Assembly: GCA_002726235.1 (NCBI GenBank)
Contig: PBSN01000007.1
Location: 62,001-126,000, forward strand
Direction of reading: 5' to 3'
DNA length: 64,000 nt
Source: Nitrospiraceae bacterium
Lineage (GTDB): Bacteria; Nitrospirota; Nitrospiria; Nitrospirales; UBA2166
Shown: positions 50,709-62,347 of the stretch, piece by piece
Numbering within the stretch: position 1 is the first letter of the stretch
Layout: every line of letters begins with the position of its first letter
Notes under the pieces: generated by a model
What the model was told of the DNA's origin: nothing
Seen by the model: the letters and a program-made list of their open reading frames with translations, nothing else
Database searches by the model: none
Translations under genes and position numbers: made by a program

Positions 50709-53700
50709 ATGACGTCCAGCCATANTGCCATCAAACGCACGGACCTTTCCAAGATTCGTACCTGTCTTGAGGTTTCATCCCTTGTTGAGATGCAAACGCG
50801 TTCCTATGCGGACTTTTTGCAATTGAATGTGCCTCCAGAGAAAAAGGAGGATCGGGGGCTTCAAGCAGCACTAACGAGTGTCTTTCCCATCGCCGATTAT
50901 AATCGCTCGGCTACGCTTGAGTTTGTAAATTACTCTCTCGGGGACTCGAAATATAGCGCTCGGGATTGTATCGAGTACGGCATGACCTATGCCGCTTCAC
51001 TGCGGATTCGTATCAGGCTCATCGTTCTTCGTAAAATGGAACAAGAGGAGCCGCAGGAAGTTCGTGATGTACAGGAAGTTCGTGATGTAAAAGAACAGGA
51101 AATATATGTTGGTGAATTGCCGTTGATGACGGAACGAGGCACGTTCATTATCAATGGAACCGAACGCGTCATCGTCAGTCAGCTCCACCGGTCACCAGGT
51201 GTGACGTTCATGCATGACAAAGGGAAAACATATGCGAGCGGAAAGGTTTTGTTTTCCGCCAGAATCATCCCATATCGTGGCTCTTGGCTTGATTTCGAGT
51301 TCGACACCAGAGATGTGTTGTACGTGAGGATTGACCGAAGAAGAAAAATGCCTGCAACGGTTTTGCTGAAAGCCTTTGGCTACTCCACGGATGAAATTCT
51401 CAAGATGTACTATTCGGTAGAAGAAATCACGGTCGTAAAAGGGAAGCTCTTTCGGAAGTTGGATGTGGAAATACATGCTGGTATCCGCTCCCCAGCCGAT
51501 GTTCGTGACAAGCGCTCGGATGAGCTCATTGTGCGTGAAGGCCAAAAGCTGACGCGATCTAGTATTCAAAAGATGATTTCTGCGGGGGTAAAAACGGTTC
51601 CCATTGACCCTGAAGCGTTGGTGGGGCGGACTACCTTGACTGAGATTGCGAATACGGCGAGTAAAGAGATTCTCGTCGAGAAAAACACCGTGATTTTGGA
51701 GGCCGCACTCGAGGTGTTGCGGAGTGGCAAGGTAAATGGTTTTAAAGTGATCTATGTTGCGCCCGCTGCCGTGCCGGTTATACAGATTACCTTGGCTGCG
51801 GAGAAGTCCAATTCCACAGATGAAGCCATGGTTGAAGTGTATAAACGGCTTAGGCCAGGCGAGACTCCAACCGTCGAGACTTCCCGCGCGCTCTTTGAGA
51901 ACACTTTTTTTAACTCGAAGCGTTATGATCTTTCGCCTGTTGGACGGTTAAAAATTAATAATCGGCTGGGGCTTGATGTTCCTCTCGGTGACCGGACCCT
52001 CATGGCTAAGGATATTGCCGAAGTTGTCCGCTATCTTGTTTCGTTGAATGAGGGCAAAGGGGATGTCGATGATATCGATCATCTCGGAAACCGGCGAGTG
52101 AGAGCTGTGGGAGAATTATTGGAAAATCAGTTCAGGCTCGGTTTAGTGTGGATGGAGCGGAATGTCAGAGAGCGGATGACCCTGTCGGATTTGGAAATGG
52201 CTCTTCCTCACGATGTTGTAAATGTGAAACCGATTATTGCAGCCATCAAGGAGTTTTTCGCAAGCAGCCAGCTGTCACAGTTTATGGATCAAACGAATCC
52301 GCTTGCCGAAGTCACCCATAAACGCCGGCTTTCCGCACTTGGTCCAGGGGGACTCACTCGGGATAGGGCGGGATTTGAAGTTCGTGATGTCCATCCCTCT
52401 CACTATAGTCGGATTTGTCCCATTGAAACTCCTGAAGGGCCAAACATTGGTCTTATAACCTCGCTTGCAACATATGCCAGAATTAATCACTTTGGTTTTA
52501 TTGAGGCTCCCTATCGTCGTGTGTCCAATGGGGTGCTTACGGATGAGGTAGAGTATTTGTCTGCGGTTGGAGGTGAACGGAACACCATTGCGCAGGCGAA
52601 TTCTCAGGTAGATGGCAACGGACGCCTGAGTGCAGAAAGCGTGTCAGCGCGTTTTGAAGGAGACTTTGTTCTTGTTCCTCCCAAGAAGGTGGAATACATG
52701 GATGTTTCGCCAAAACAGGTAGTGGGCGTGGCTAGTGCGCTCATTCCTTTTTTGGAACATGATGATGCCAATCGTGCCTTGATGGGGTCCAATATGCAAC
52801 GACAGGCTGTGCCCCTTCTTTATCCCAAAGCACCCGTCGTTGGAACTGGCATGGAACCGATTGTGGCACGAGATTCTGGGTATGTGATTCAGGCGAGCCG
52901 TGCTGGCGTGGTTGAAAGTGTTAGTGCAACTCGAATTGTTATAAGTGCGAAGTCCGAGGGCGCTTCGAAAAATGATGTTGGGTTGGATGTATATCATCTG
53001 TTGAAGTTTCAGCGGTCCAACCAGAATACCTGTCTCAACCAGCGCCCAGTTGTTTATCGTGGGCAACAGGTGACAAAGGGACAGTTGCTTGCTGATGGAC
53101 CGTCCATTCATTACGGGGATTTGGCACTTGGAAACAACGTCCTCGTCGCATTTATGCCATGGGGAGGGTACAACTTCGAGGACGCGATTCTGATGAGTGA
53201 ATCGCTGGTTCGCGAGGAAAGCTTTACATCCGTTCACATTGACGAATTTGACATTGAGGCACGAGAAACAAAGCTTGGGAAAGAAGAAATTACTCGCGAC
53301 ATTCCCAATGTTGGGGAAGAAGCGTTACGCAATCTTGATGAGAGCGGGATCGTCAGGATCGGTGCCGAGGTAAAAGCAGGCGATATTCTGGTTGGGAAAG
53401 TGACGCCAAAAGGTGAAACTCAACTGACTCCTGAAGAGAAGCTACTGCGTGCCATTTTTGGAGAAAAAGCTGGAGATGTGAAAGATACCTCGCTGACCGT
53501 TCCTCCAGGGGCTGAGGGTATTGTTGTCAACATCAAGGTTTTTTCTCGAAGACGTTCTAATGATGATGATTGGGCCAAGCTTTTTGAGAATGAAGACCTG
53601 AAGGCACTCCAACGAGATCACCGAGATGAAGTTCGGACTGTTGAAGAAGAGGGAAGTCGAAAAAGGCGTGTCCAATTGATTGGAATGCAGATAGGCCAAG

Positions 53701-54677
53701 ATCTGATAGACCCTAAGTCTGGCGAAGTGCTTCTCAAAAAGAAAAAGTGTCTGACGGAAGAAATTGTTCAAAATCTCTCTGCTGAGAGTGTCAAAAATAT
53801 CATTCCCAGTGATGCTTCGGATCAGGCTACGCTCGACGAGATTCATAACGCGACTAAAGGGCATGTCGAGCTTTTAACGGCCAGTTACGATGAGAAGGTT
53901 AGCCGACTGCGACGGGGCAGTGATCTTCCCCCAGGAGTCCTGAAACTGGTCAAAGTCTATGTGGCTATGAAGCGGAAGGTCTCTGTTGGGGATAAAATGG
54001 CCGGCCGACACGGAAACAAGGGGGTAGTTTCTCGCATTTTACCTGAAGAAGATATGCCCTATCTTCCGGATGGACGGCCGATTGATATTGTGCTGAATCC
54101 GCTTGGTGTTCCTTCGCGTATGAATGTTGGCCAAGTGCTGGAAACACATCTTGGCTGGGCCGCCCAAGCACTAGGGTTGTACGTTTCCACGCCTGTGTTT
54201 GATGGGGCCACGGAACAGGAAATTCGGACGTTGCTGAAGAAAGCAAATCTTCCAGAGTCAGGTCAAACTCAGCTGTACGATGGTCGTACTGGCGAATCGT
54301 TTGCGAATAAGGTAACAGTCGGATACATGTATATGCTGAAGCTTCATCATTTGGTTGATGACAAGATTCATGCGCGATCAATTGGACCGTATTCGTTGGT
54401 TACTCAGCAGCCTCTCGGAGGTAAAGCGCAGTTTGGAGGCCAGCGGTTAGGGGAGATGGAAGTATGGGCATTGCAGTCCTACGGTGCGGCATCAACCCTT
54501 CAGGAGTTCCTCACAGTGAAATCTGATGACGTCCCAGGGCGGTCTCGAATCTACGAAGCCATTGTCAAAGGGGAAAACTTCCTTGAGCCTGGGTTGCCTG
54601 AATCGTTTAATGTGCTTGTAAAGGAACTGCAGAGTCTTGGGTTAGACATTGATCTCATGAAGCGGTCCGATAATTGA
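50709..54677 (+). CDS. rpoB: RNA polymerase beta subunit
   Basis: [39 protein letters not shown] and GGQRLGEME. Confidence 0.98.
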   Translation: MTSSHXAIKRTDLSKIRTCLEVSSLVEMQTRSYADFLQLNVPPEKKEDRGLQAALTSVFPIADYNRSATLEFVNYSLGDSKYSARDCIEYGMTYAASLRIRIRLIVLRKMEQEEPQEVRDVQEVRDVKEQEIYVGELPLMTERGTFIINGTERVIVSQLHRSPGVTFMHDKGKTYASGKVLFSARIIPYRGSWLDFEFDTRDVLYVRIDRRRKMPATVLLKAFGYSTDEILKMYYSVEEITVVKGKLFRKLDVEIHAGIRSPADVRDKRSDELIVREGQKLTRSSIQKMISAGVKTVPIDPEALVGRTTLTEIANTASKEILVEKNTVILEAALEVLRSGKVNGFKVIYVAPAAVPVIQITLAAEKSNSTDEAMVEVYKRLRPGETPTVETSRALFENTFFNSKRYDLSPVGRLKINNRLGLDVPLGDRTLMAKDIAEVVRYLVSLNEGKGDVDDIDHLGNRRVRAVGELLENQFRLGLVWMERNVRERMTLSDLEMALPHDVVNVKPIIAAIKEFFASSQLSQFMDQTNPLAEVTHKRRLSALGPGGLTRDRAGFEVRDVHPSHYSRICPIETPEGPNIGLITSLATYARINHFGFIEAPYRRVSNGVLTDEVEYLSAVGGERNTIAQANSQVDGNGRLSAESVSARFEGDFVLVPPKKVEYMDVSPKQVVGVASALIPFLEHDDANRALMGSNMQRQAVPLLYPKAPVVGTGMEPIVARDSGYVIQASRAGVVESVSATRIVISAKSEGASKNDVGLDVYHLLKFQRSNQNTCLNQRPVVYRGQQVTKGQLLADGPSIHYGDLALGNNVLVAFMPWGGYNFEDAILMSESLVREESFTSVHIDEFDIEARETKLGKEEITRDIPNVGEEALRNLDESGIVRIGAEVKAGDILVGKVTPKGETQLTPEEKLLRAIFGEKAGDVKDTSLTVPPGAEGIVVNIKVFSRRRSNDDDWAKLFENEDLKALQRDHRDEVRTVEEEGSRKRRVQLIGMQIGQDLIDPKSGEVLLKKKKCLTEEIVQNLSAESVKNIIPSDASDQATLDEIHNATKGHVELLTASYDEKVSRLRRGSDLPPGVLKLVKVYVAMKRKVSVGDKMAGRHGNKGVVSRILPEEDMPYLPDGRPIDIVLNPLGVPSRMNVGQVLETHLGWAAQALGLYVSTPVFDGATEQEIRTLLKKANLPESGQTQLYDGRTGESFANKVTVGYMYMLKLHHLVDDKIHARSIGPYSLVTQQPLGGKAQFGGQRLGEMEVWALQSYGAASTLQEFLTVKSDDVPGRSRIYEAIVKGENFLEPGLPESFNVLVKELQSLGLDIDLMKRSDN
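51054..51089 (+). repeat. Perfect 18-bp tandem duplication in rpoB
   Basis: CAGGAAGTTCGTGATGTA x2, encoding QEVRDV x2. Confidence 0.9.
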
Positions 54678-54697
54678 GTCTGCACGGAGGCAAAACG

Positions 54698-57600
54698 GTG
54701 GAAACAGTATCCACACTGTTCGATAATAAGCCAAAAAACACGATTTCATTTGACTCTCTTCGTATAGGGATCGCGTCGGCTGACAAGATTCGATCATGGT
54801 CCTACGGTGAGGTGAAAAAGCCTGAAACGATTAACTATCGCTCATTCAAACCAGAAAAAGATGGGCTGTTCTGCGCCAAGATTTTCGGGCCGACAAAGGA
54901 TTGGGAATGTAATTGCGGAAAATATAAGCGCATGAAGCATCGTGGGATCGTCTGTGATAAATGCGGCGTTGAAGTGATTCAGTCTAAGGTTAGAAGAGAA
55001 CGGATGGGTCATATTGAGTTGGCAGCGCCAGTGGCTCACATCTGGTTCCTTAAGGGGTTGCCAAGTCGCATTGGAACCCTGTTGGATATGAGTCTCAAAG
55101 TTCTGGAGCGGATTCTGTATTTTGAAAGCTATGTCGTGTTTGAATCAGGTGATGCGCCAGTAGAATTAGGGGAGGTTCTATCGGAAGAACGATATTGGGA
55201 GCTTTCCCAGGAACATACGCATGGATTTAGGGCTGGCATAGGGGCTGAGGCGATCCGTGAGATGCTTGCGACCCTGGATATCGAGTCGCTCTGGAAGGAC
55301 CTTCGCGAAAAGGTCAGAGGTCAGGTCTCCAATGCCGTAAGGAAAAAATATATCAAACGGTTGAAAGTGGTTGAAGACTTTCGTCGATCCAATAATCAGC
55401 CTGAGTCTATGATTCTCTCCGTGATTCCAGTTCTGCCTCCGGAACTGCGGCCTCTCGTTCCCTTGGATGGTGGCCGTTTTGCGACGTCAGATCTTAACGA
55501 TCTTTACCGGCGAGTGATTAACCGGAACAATCGGTTGAAACGCCTGCTCGAACTTCGAGCGCCAGGCGTGATCATCCGTAACGAAATGCGTATGCTCCAA
55601 GAGGCAGTTGATGCGTTGTTTGATAACGGCAGACGAGGCCGCGCTATACGTGGGGCGAACAAACGAGAGCTCAAGTCGTTAAGTGACATGGTGAAGGGAA
55701 AGCAAGGCCGTTTTCGCCAGAATCTTCTCGGAAAGCGTGTCGATTATTCTGGTCGATCGGTTATCGTGGTTGGGCCGGAACTCCGTTTAAACCAATGTGG
55801 CTTGCCTAAAAAGATGGCGCTGGAGCTGTTTAAACCCTTTGTTTTGCACAAGCTTGAAGAGAGGGGAGCGGCCATTACCATTAAGAGTGCGAAGAAGTTG
55901 ATTGAACAAGGAACAGCAGAGGTGTGGGATGTTCTTGATGAAGTGATCTGTGAGCATCCGGTGTTGCTCAATCGTGCACCAACGCTACATCGACTTGGAC
56001 TTCAGGCTTTTGATCCGGTACTGGTTGAAGGGAAAGCGATCAAGTTGCATCCGTTGGTTTGCGCAGCCTTCAATGCTGACTTTGATGGTGATCAAATGGC
56101 TGTGCATGTACCCCTGTCGATCGAAGCCCAGATCGAGAGCCGTGTGTTGATGCTTTCTGTGCACAACATTCTGTCTCCAGCGAACGGGAGGCCTATTGCA
56201 GTTCCCTCTCAAGACATGGTGTTGGGGTGTTATTGGCTCACGAAGGAGGAAACTGGCGCGCAAGGTGAGGGGAAAGTTTTTTCTTCTCCAGAGGAAGTTC
56301 GGATTGCCTATGATGCCGGTGAAGTGGCGTTACACGCACAGGTTCGAGTGCGCATCAATGCTGCAATGGTTGATACGACCGTTGGACGCGTTCTTTTGGG
56401 AGAGATCCTCCCTCCTGGCATTCCGTTTTCTGCAGCAAATGTTCTCATGACTAAGAAGGCTGTCGGTGCATTGATTGACATGTGCTATCGCAATGTTCCT
56501 CTCAGGGATACCGTGGTGCTGCTCGATAAAATCAAGAATCTTGGTTTTTCGTATGCGACAAAAGCCGCGATTTCTATTTGTATTGATGACATGTTGGTCC
56601 CGGCAAAGAAGCCAGCACTTATTGCCAAGGCCCAAAAAGACGTTTCAGATATTCAGGACCAATACGCTGATGGTTTGATCACGAGGGGCGAATGCTATAA
56701 CAAAGTTATTGATATTTGGGCACATGTGACAGAACTTGTCGCTAGTGAAATGCAGAAGGAGCTCGAAGGTAAGTCAAAAAGTGATCGAGGCGGCGCCTTC
56801 AATCCGATCTTCATGATGACAGACTCTGGTGCCCGCGGCAGTGGGCAGCAAATTCGGCAGCTCGGTGGAATGAGAGGCCTTATGGCGAAGCCGTCTGGTG
56901 AAATCATTGAAACACCCATTACCTCCAATTTTCGCGAAGGGTTGACCGTGCTCCAGTACTTTATTTCAACCCATGGTGCGAGAAAAGGATTGGCTGATAC
57001 GGCGCTGAAGACTGCCAACTCGGGGTATCTTACGCGGCGTCTTGTTGATGTGGCTCAGGATGTGATTATTAACTCTGATGATTGTGAAACCATTGATAGT
57101 ATTCAGGTGACTTCGCTTGTTGAAGGGGGTGAAATTATTCAACCCTTGGAGGATCGCATCTTAGGGCGGATTGCCGCTGGAGATATTCGTGATCCTTTGA
57201 CCGGTGAGATCATTGTCCAAGTTGGTGAAGAGATTGACGAATGGCGTGTGAAAGCGATTACTGATACTGGAGTTGATCAAGTCAAAATTCGGTCTGTATT
57301 GACCTGTCAATTGCGTCGTGGTGTATGCAAAAAATGTTATGGACGTGATCTTGCTCGTGGAAAACTGGTTGAAAGCGGAGAGCCAGTTGGTGTGATTGCC
57401 GCACAGTCCATTGGAGAACCAGGAACCCAGCTTACGATGCGAACGTTCCACATTGGCGGCACGGCGAGTCGGGTTGTTGAGAAAACAGTACTCGAAGCAA
57501 AGAATTCTGGAACTCTCAAATATCTCAATCTGCGGACGGTAAAAAACAAAGAAGGTGATTGGGTTGTCATGAGCCGCAGTGGGAAAATTGCCGTGTGTGA

Positions 57601-58831
57601 TAAAACTGGGCGTGAGCGTGAAAAATATCCAGTTATTTATGGCGCCAAGATTAAGGTAAACGAAGGAGATGTGGTTGAACCTGGGCAGAAATTGCTGGAG
57701 TGGGATCCGTATTCTCTGGTTATGCTGACCGAAGTCGGAGGGCGGGTCGCGTTTGGTGACTTGATCGAAAACGTGACAATGAAGGAACTCCTTGATGAAG
57801 TAACAGGACTCTCTCGAAAACTGGTCATCGACATGCCTGGTGCCTCGTATCGTCCACGCATTTCGATTAAGGATGATTCTGGAAAAACTGCTAAGTTGCC
57901 TCAAGCATCCTCTTCGGCGAGGTATCTGCTTCCATCCGGAGCGCATATTCTGGTTGAGAAAGGTGAGATGGTACATCCAGGAGATGTGTTGGTGAAGATT
58001 CCTCGTGAAACCACAAAAACAAAAGACATTACTGGTGGCTTGCCACGGGTTGCCGAATTATTTGAAGCAAGAATGCCAAAGGAACATGCTATCATAAGCG
58101 AAATTGATGGAGTGGTTGAGCATGCTGGTTTAGTCAAAGGTATGCGCAAGGTCCTCGTCAAGAACGATTTGGGTGATGTTCGTGAGTACTATATTCCAAG
58201 AGGGAAGCATGTCAATGTGCACGAAGGAGATTGGATTCAGGCTGGTGAGCCGCTCATGGATGGTTCACCAGATCCGCACGATATTCTTGATGTATTAGGG
58301 CCAAAAGAACTCCAGAAGTACCTTGTGGATGGGGTTCAGAAAGTGTATCGGCTACAAGGGGTTGTTATCAATGACAAGCATATCGAGACGATTGTTCGGC
58401 AGATGCTTCGAAAGGTAAGGATTGAAGAATCGGGAGATTCTGATTTTCTGGCCGGTAGTCAAATTGATCGATTTGTCTTCCGTGATGAAAGTGAAAGAAT
58501 CCGAGCAGAAAAAGGATCCCCGCCAATCGGAAAACCGGTTCTCTTGGGCATCACGAAAGCCTCACTAAACACCGAAAGCTTTATCTCTGCCGCTTCGTTT
58601 CAGGAAACCACGCGAGTACTCACAGAAGCTGCGATTACTGGGAAAATTGATCCGTTGAGTGGATTGAAGGAGAACGTTATTGTCGGTCGGCTCATTCCAG
58701 CTGGAACGGGTCTAACGGGGTATCGTGATACACAGGTAATCACGCATGAGTCTTCGGCTGAGGAGCTGTTGGACGCTGGGGAAACCAACGAGAACGTTGA
58801 GGTGTTCCAAGCCGACCATGCTTTAGCGTAG
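54698..58831 (+). CDS. rpoC: RNA polymerase beta' subunit
   Basis: GGAGG lies 7 nt before GTG 54698; NADFDGD; Zn-finger [19 protein letters not shown]. Confidence 0.98.
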   Translation: METVSTLFDNKPKNTISFDSLRIGIASADKIRSWSYGEVKKPETINYRSFKPEKDGLFCAKIFGPTKDWECNCGKYKRMKHRGIVCDKCGVEVIQSKVRRERMGHIELAAPVAHIWFLKGLPSRIGTLLDMSLKVLERILYFESYVVFESGDAPVELGEVLSEERYWELSQEHTHGFRAGIGAEAIREMLATLDIESLWKDLREKVRGQVSNAVRKKYIKRLKVVEDFRRSNNQPESMILSVIPVLPPELRPLVPLDGGRFATSDLNDLYRRVINRNNRLKRLLELRAPGVIIRNEMRMLQEAVDALFDNGRRGRAIRGANKRELKSLSDMVKGKQGRFRQNLLGKRVDYSGRSVIVVGPELRLNQCGLPKKMALELFKPFVLHKLEERGAAITIKSAKKLIEQGTAEVWDVLDEVICEHPVLLNRAPTLHRLGLQAFDPVLVEGKAIKLHPLVCAAFNADFDGDQMAVHVPLSIEAQIESRVLMLSVHNILSPANGRPIAVPSQDMVLGCYWLTKEETGAQGEGKVFSSPEEVRIAYDAGEVALHAQVRVRINAAMVDTTVGRVLLGEILPPGIPFSAANVLMTKKAVGALIDMCYRNVPLRDTVVLLDKIKNLGFSYATKAAISICIDDMLVPAKKPALIAKAQKDVSDIQDQYADGLITRGECYNKVIDIWAHVTELVASEMQKELEGKSKSDRGGAFNPIFMMTDSGARGSGQQIRQLGGMRGLMAKPSGEIIETPITSNFREGLTVLQYFISTHGARKGLADTALKTANSGYLTRRLVDVAQDVIINSDDCETIDSIQVTSLVEGGEIIQPLEDRILGRIAAGDIRDPLTGEIIVQVGEEIDEWRVKAITDTGVDQVKIRSVLTCQLRRGVCKKCYGRDLARGKLVESGEPVGVIAAQSIGEPGTQLTMRTFHIGGTASRVVEKTVLEAKNSGTLKYLNLRTVKNKEGDWVVMSRSGKIAVCDKTGREREKYPVIYGAKIKVNEGDVVEPGQKLLEWDPYSLVMLTEVGGRVAFGDLIENVTMKELLDEVTGLSRKLVIDMPGASYRPRISIKDDSGKTAKLPQASSSARYLLPSGAHILVEKGEMVHPGDVLVKIPRETTKTKDITGGLPRVAELFEARMPKEHAIISEIDGVVEHAGLVKGMRKVLVKNDLGDVREYYIPRGKHVNVHEGDWIQAGEPLMDGSPDPHDILDVLGPKELQKYLVDGVQKVYRLQGVVINDKHIETIVRQMLRKVRIEESGDSDFLAGSQIDRFVFRDESERIRAEKGSPPIGKPVLLGITKASLNTESFISAASFQETTRVLTEAAITGKIDPLSGLKENVIVGRLIPAGTGLTGYRDTQVITHESSAEELLDAGETNENVEVFQADHALA

Positions 58832-59014
58832 CCCGATGGCACTATAGGCCTCATCGTTTAGGGCACCGGCGACTTTGGTCTTGGGCCTACATTAAACTTC
58901 TCTCCAGTAACTGGCCATTGCTCGCAACCGGGCCATTTTCTTCCGTGCTAAACACAATTGTGGCGTGTGATTTTGTGGTGCCGTTGCCCAAAGCTGGGAA
59001 ATTTGTGTGTGCCA

Positions 59015-59581
59015 TTAGGTCGTGCCTTCCGGAATACTTCTTGTGGCCAAGCCAAATGGACTGTCACCATCAATGGTATGTAGCGTAATCTGTTGATCTC
59101 CGGTGAACTTAAATACCGATAGTCCGCGTTCACTCAGCGGGAGATCTTGTTCAGGTATATGCCATACACCTTCCCAATGGAGATGAACGGCATAATTGTG
59201 CTGTGCGATGAGTATTCGATCGACTGAAAATGTCAGTGAGATGCTGTCATAAAACTCAACATCGTGTTGTATCTCATTGAGGATTCGTGCAGATCCCTCT
59301 AGCGGTGTGAATAGGACGCTGATGGCGCTAAGGTCTTTGTTCTCGTAAGATGAACGAAGGGTCTCGACCGTGGCATCAAGGCGTCTGAGGCGGGAGGAGG
59401 CATCTTCGCTTTGAACATGAGGGGTGGATTTGCATCCTGGAATATACTCTTTGAGAAGGAATTGCATTCCGATAACCTCTGTAGGCTCACTTTCTTCAAA
59501 CTCTTGATTTGGTGTAAGAGAGATGGAATACAGCGTGATAAGGCAAATGGTGATGCCACCTTGCAGGATGACGCGGATCAT
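59015..59581 (-). CDS. Hypothetical exported protein (possible NTF2-like domain)
   Basis: N-terminal hydrophobic segment; helix LRSSYENKD then strands ending VHLHWEGVW; lies downstream of moaB on the same strand. Confidence 0.55.
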   Translation of the reverse strand: MIRVILQGGITICLITLYSISLTPNQEFEESEPTEVIGMQFLLKEYIPGCKSTPHVQSEDASSRLRRLDATVETLRSSYENKDLSAISVLFTPLEGSARILNEIQHDVEFYDSISLTFSVDRILIAQHNYAVHLHWEGVWHIPEQDLPLSERGLSVFKFTGDQQITLHTIDGDSPFGLATRSIPEGTT

Positions 59582-59597
59582 TGGGTTGTTTTTTGCC

Positions 59598-60101
59598 TTA
59601 CCTACAAAGTTCTCCAACGATATGGCCGAGTTCTGGAAGGATTAGTTTTTTCATTGCCAAGCGGACAGCATTTTCCGATCCTGGGAGCGCAAAAACAACT
59701 GTTCCACTGGAAACGCCTGCGATGGATCGACTCAGGATGGCAGATGAGCCAATCTCTTCATAGCTAAGGAATCTGAAGAGTTCGCCGAATCCATCAAGGC
59801 GTTTATCGAGCATTGTGCTCACCGTTTCATAGGTCGAGTCTCGTTTTGACACTCCAGTTCCCCCATTGATAAGGATTGCTTGTATCGCTGAGATGGCAAT
59901 ATTTTGGTCAATCGCGCTACGAATCTGAGAGGGTTCATCTTTGACAATTTCGTAGCGTTCAACAATATGGCCTTCAGTCTTTAGCAGTCGCATGATCAGT
60001 TTTCCGCTAATATCATTCTCTTGAGTTCGGGAATCGCTGCATGTGACGATGCCGCATCCAACGTGGGAAGGAGACTGTGCTTTGTGGTGTGTATGGCCCA
60101 T
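59598..60101 (-). CDS. moaB: Molybdenum cofactor biosynthesis protein MoaB/Mog
   Basis: TCSDSRT, NGGTGVSKRDSTYE, GFGELFR and FALPGS. Confidence 0.92.
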   Translation of the reverse strand: MGHTHHKAQSPSHVGCGIVTCSDSRTQENDISGKLIMRLLKTEGHIVERYEIVKDEPSQIRSAIDQNIAISAIQAILINGGTGVSKRDSTYETVSTMLDKRLDGFGELFRFLSYEEIGSSAILSRSIAGVSSGTVVFALPGSENAVRLAMKKLILPELGHIVGELCR

Positions 60102-60121
60102 CCTTTACTCTTTAGGGTCTC

Positions 60122-60448
60122 TTAGTCCCAAGAGTCATCAGGCATTCTCAGTCGGTCTACCGGTTCCCCTTTTCCAATGTGTTGATCAAGAATATCAGCA
60201 ATATCCGTTTCTCCCACTTGCTGATACCACACACCGTCAGGGTAGATGACGACGGATGTTCCCCTATCACACGGACCAAGGCATGTTGCGCCTGTTACCA
60301 CAGCTTTTCCCATGAGATTGCGTTCGATGAGTCCCATGGTGAGATTCATAAGGAGCTCTTCTGAGCTTTTCTCTCCGCAGGATCCTTTAGGATGGCCCGG
60401 TGGTCGTGTGTTGGTGCATACAAAGATGTGGTATTGCGGTTTTGGCAT
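60122..60448 (-). CDS. Thioredoxin-like [2Fe-2S] ferredoxin
   Basis: HIFVCTN..GSC, TCLGPC and IYPDGVWY. Confidence 0.92.
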   Translation of the reverse strand: MPKPQYHIFVCTNTRPPGHPKGSCGEKSSEELLMNLTMGLIERNLMGKAVVTGATCLGPCDRGTSVVIYPDGVWYQQVGETDIADILDQHIGKGEPVDRLRMPDDSWD

Positions 60449-60522
60449 TGGGTCTTCCTCCTACAGGGTGACGTGATTTGGATAGCTTCGCATGTCAGTC
60501 TTGAAGCCAGTCGTCCAGTGTC

Positions 60523-61161
60523 CTATGGTGGAGGTAGAGTCATGCCTTCAGGTAATTGGGGTGTTGGGAATCGTCTCGGCGGGTGATGATCAATGCCGAT
60601 ATATGCCTCGATAAATCGAACGATGCGTTGTTTATCGTATGAGTCAAATGTATCAATGCGTTGCCATGCCGTCAGTGCAATCTTGGTATCCATGCCTGGA
60701 TAGGGAGCGAGAACCAGGTGATGGTATTTGCTGCGCAGGTATGGGTTTTTTTGTCTCACATGGTCTGGCACTTCTGCATTGGCTATTTGCTGGTATTGCG
60801 CAAAAACCGCTTCCAGATTTTCAACAAGCTTGGGGCATCCTTCCGGGCAGTTGTATTGCATGATGACCCCACCGTCCTCGAGGTTGTGGACTTGAAGTTC
60901 CTTCGGAATTGGTTCCGAATGAATGGCCCATTTGGCCACGTACTTGAGATGATGGCCTGAGGTTGGAGGGTTAGTATTGTAGGGGGGATGAGGGTCGTCC
61001 ACAGATTCAACATGGGCATTTCCAAGGGACGGGAATAATGTGCCGGGGGATGTATCGGCGTTGGCTACCGAGGTAACCAGAAACGCGGGATAGAGCAGGA
61101 AACCCACAAACATAGGAATCATAAGAATCAGGAAGTTCTTGTTAATATCGAGCTGAGGCAT
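60523..61161 (-). CDS. DUF3105 domain protein
   Basis: YNTNPPTSGHH, VHNLEDGGV..QY and IALTAW; N-terminal TM. Confidence 0.85.
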   Translation of the reverse strand: MPQLDINKNFLILMIPMFVGFLLYPAFLVTSVANADTSPGTLFPSLGNAHVESVDDPHPPYNTNPPTSGHHLKYVAKWAIHSEPIPKELQVHNLEDGGVIMQYNCPEGCPKLVENLEAVFAQYQQIANAEVPDHVRQKNPYLRSKYHHLVLAPYPGMDTKIALTAWQRIDTFDSYDKQRIVRFIEAYIGIDHHPPRRFPTPQLPEGMTLPPP

Positions 61162-61443
61162 CGTGTTCCGTTCCTCCCGCTATAATGATGATCAATCGGT
61201 GTCAGTCTGTCTTATCTTCTGCCGTCTAATCCAGCCTTCCGGAATACTACCACATATCTTTCGGAGAGGTCAGCAATCAACGGGCAGCAGGCAAGATCCG
61301 GATGGTGAGCAACTGATCATTGACGACTGAATGCTGCTTGCTTTGTTCCTCAGGAGCACTGAGGGTAGCTATCGTGGCGTCTAATGAAATCGGTTTCACC
61401 TCTCCTTGACGCTCTTTTGCCTTATTGTTACCCTGCCTTCCCG

Positions 61444-61932
61444 ATGAATTCCCAGACTGCTGAGGATGAGATCTACATGCAATTGGCGTTGGAAGAAGCC
61501 GTGCGCTCGGTCTTTCATGGAGAAGTTCCAATTGGTGCTGTGTTGGTTCATAATCACACGATTTTGGCCAAAGCCCATAATTTTCGTGAGTTGTGGCAGG
61601 ACCCGACAGCTCATGCCGAAGTTGTCGTGATTCGCAAGGCCGCTGCGAAGTTAGGGACGTGGAGGTTGACTGGGGCGTGCCTGTATTCGACACTCGAACC
61701 TTGTGCCATGTGTGCCGGCAGCATTATTCACGCTCGTATTGCGCGTCTTGTGTTTGGAGCTTCTGATTCGAAAGCTGGAGCCTGTGGGTCTATCTTTAAC
61801 ATTCCGGCGGAACCACGTATGAATCATAATGTTACGGTGGTAGGTGGAGTCTGTGCACGGGAAAGTCGCGACATGCTTCAGTCATTTTTTCGTGGTCGAA
61901 GGGAGCGAGGAATACCGGCAAACATGCCATGA
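61444..61932 (+). CDS. tadA: tRNA adenosine(34) deaminase
   Basis: GEVPIGAV, DPTAHAE, TLEPCAMC and KAGACGS. Confidence 0.93.
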   Translation: MNSQTAEDEIYMQLALEEAVRSVFHGEVPIGAVLVHNHTILAKAHNFRELWQDPTAHAEVVVIRKAAAKLGTWRLTGACLYSTLEPCAMCAGSIIHARIARLVFGASDSKAGACGSIFNIPAEPRMNHNVTVVGGVCARESRDMLQSFFRGRRERGIPANMP

Positions 61933-61963
61933 ATGGTTTGCTGGGTTCGGGCTAGTAGATAGA

Positions 61964-62052
<89 letters not shown>

Positions 62053-62119
62053 TTTGTGGTCTCATTTCCTGCCATGAGGTGTGGTATTATAGGGCCCCTA
62101 TGGGGTATTTACGTTAGAA

Positions 62120-62206
62120 GGAGAGGTGCGAGAGTGGACGAATCGACGTGCTTGGAAAGCACGCGTGCTGGCAACGGCACCGTGGGTTCGAATCCCACCC
62201 TCTCCG
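62120..62206 (+). tRNA. tRNA-Ser(GGA)
   Basis: CGTGC-TT-GGA-AA-GCACG and long variable arm; ends CCG rather than CCA. Confidence 0.93.
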
Positions 62207-62233
62207 CCGCCTGTTTAACCAAAAACCAGAGCT

Positions 62234-62334
62234 AGGGCTGGGCCCTGTGCGACGAGCACCTGTGAACCCCGTGAGGTCCGGAAGGAAGCAGCGGTAAGCA
62301 GGGATGTTTGGGTGCCGCAGGATCACCTGGCCCT
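62234..62334 (+). ncRNA. ffs: Signal recognition particle RNA (small bacterial type)
   Basis: AGGTCCGGAAGGAAGCAGC core; ends pair (AGGGCTGGG/CCTGGCCCT); usual position before dnaX. Confidence 0.92.
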
Positions 62335-62347
62335 TTTCTTCCGAATT

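Noticed and set aside
43813..50725. N bases at 43813, 48329 and 50725 as gene disruptions
   Set aside because: Single ambiguous bases with the frames preserved; these are consensus ambiguities.
61255..61365. Glycine riboswitch (GGAGA..CTCAGG)
   Set aside because: The CGAAG/GCAA core and pairing are absent, and the downstream gene is tadA.
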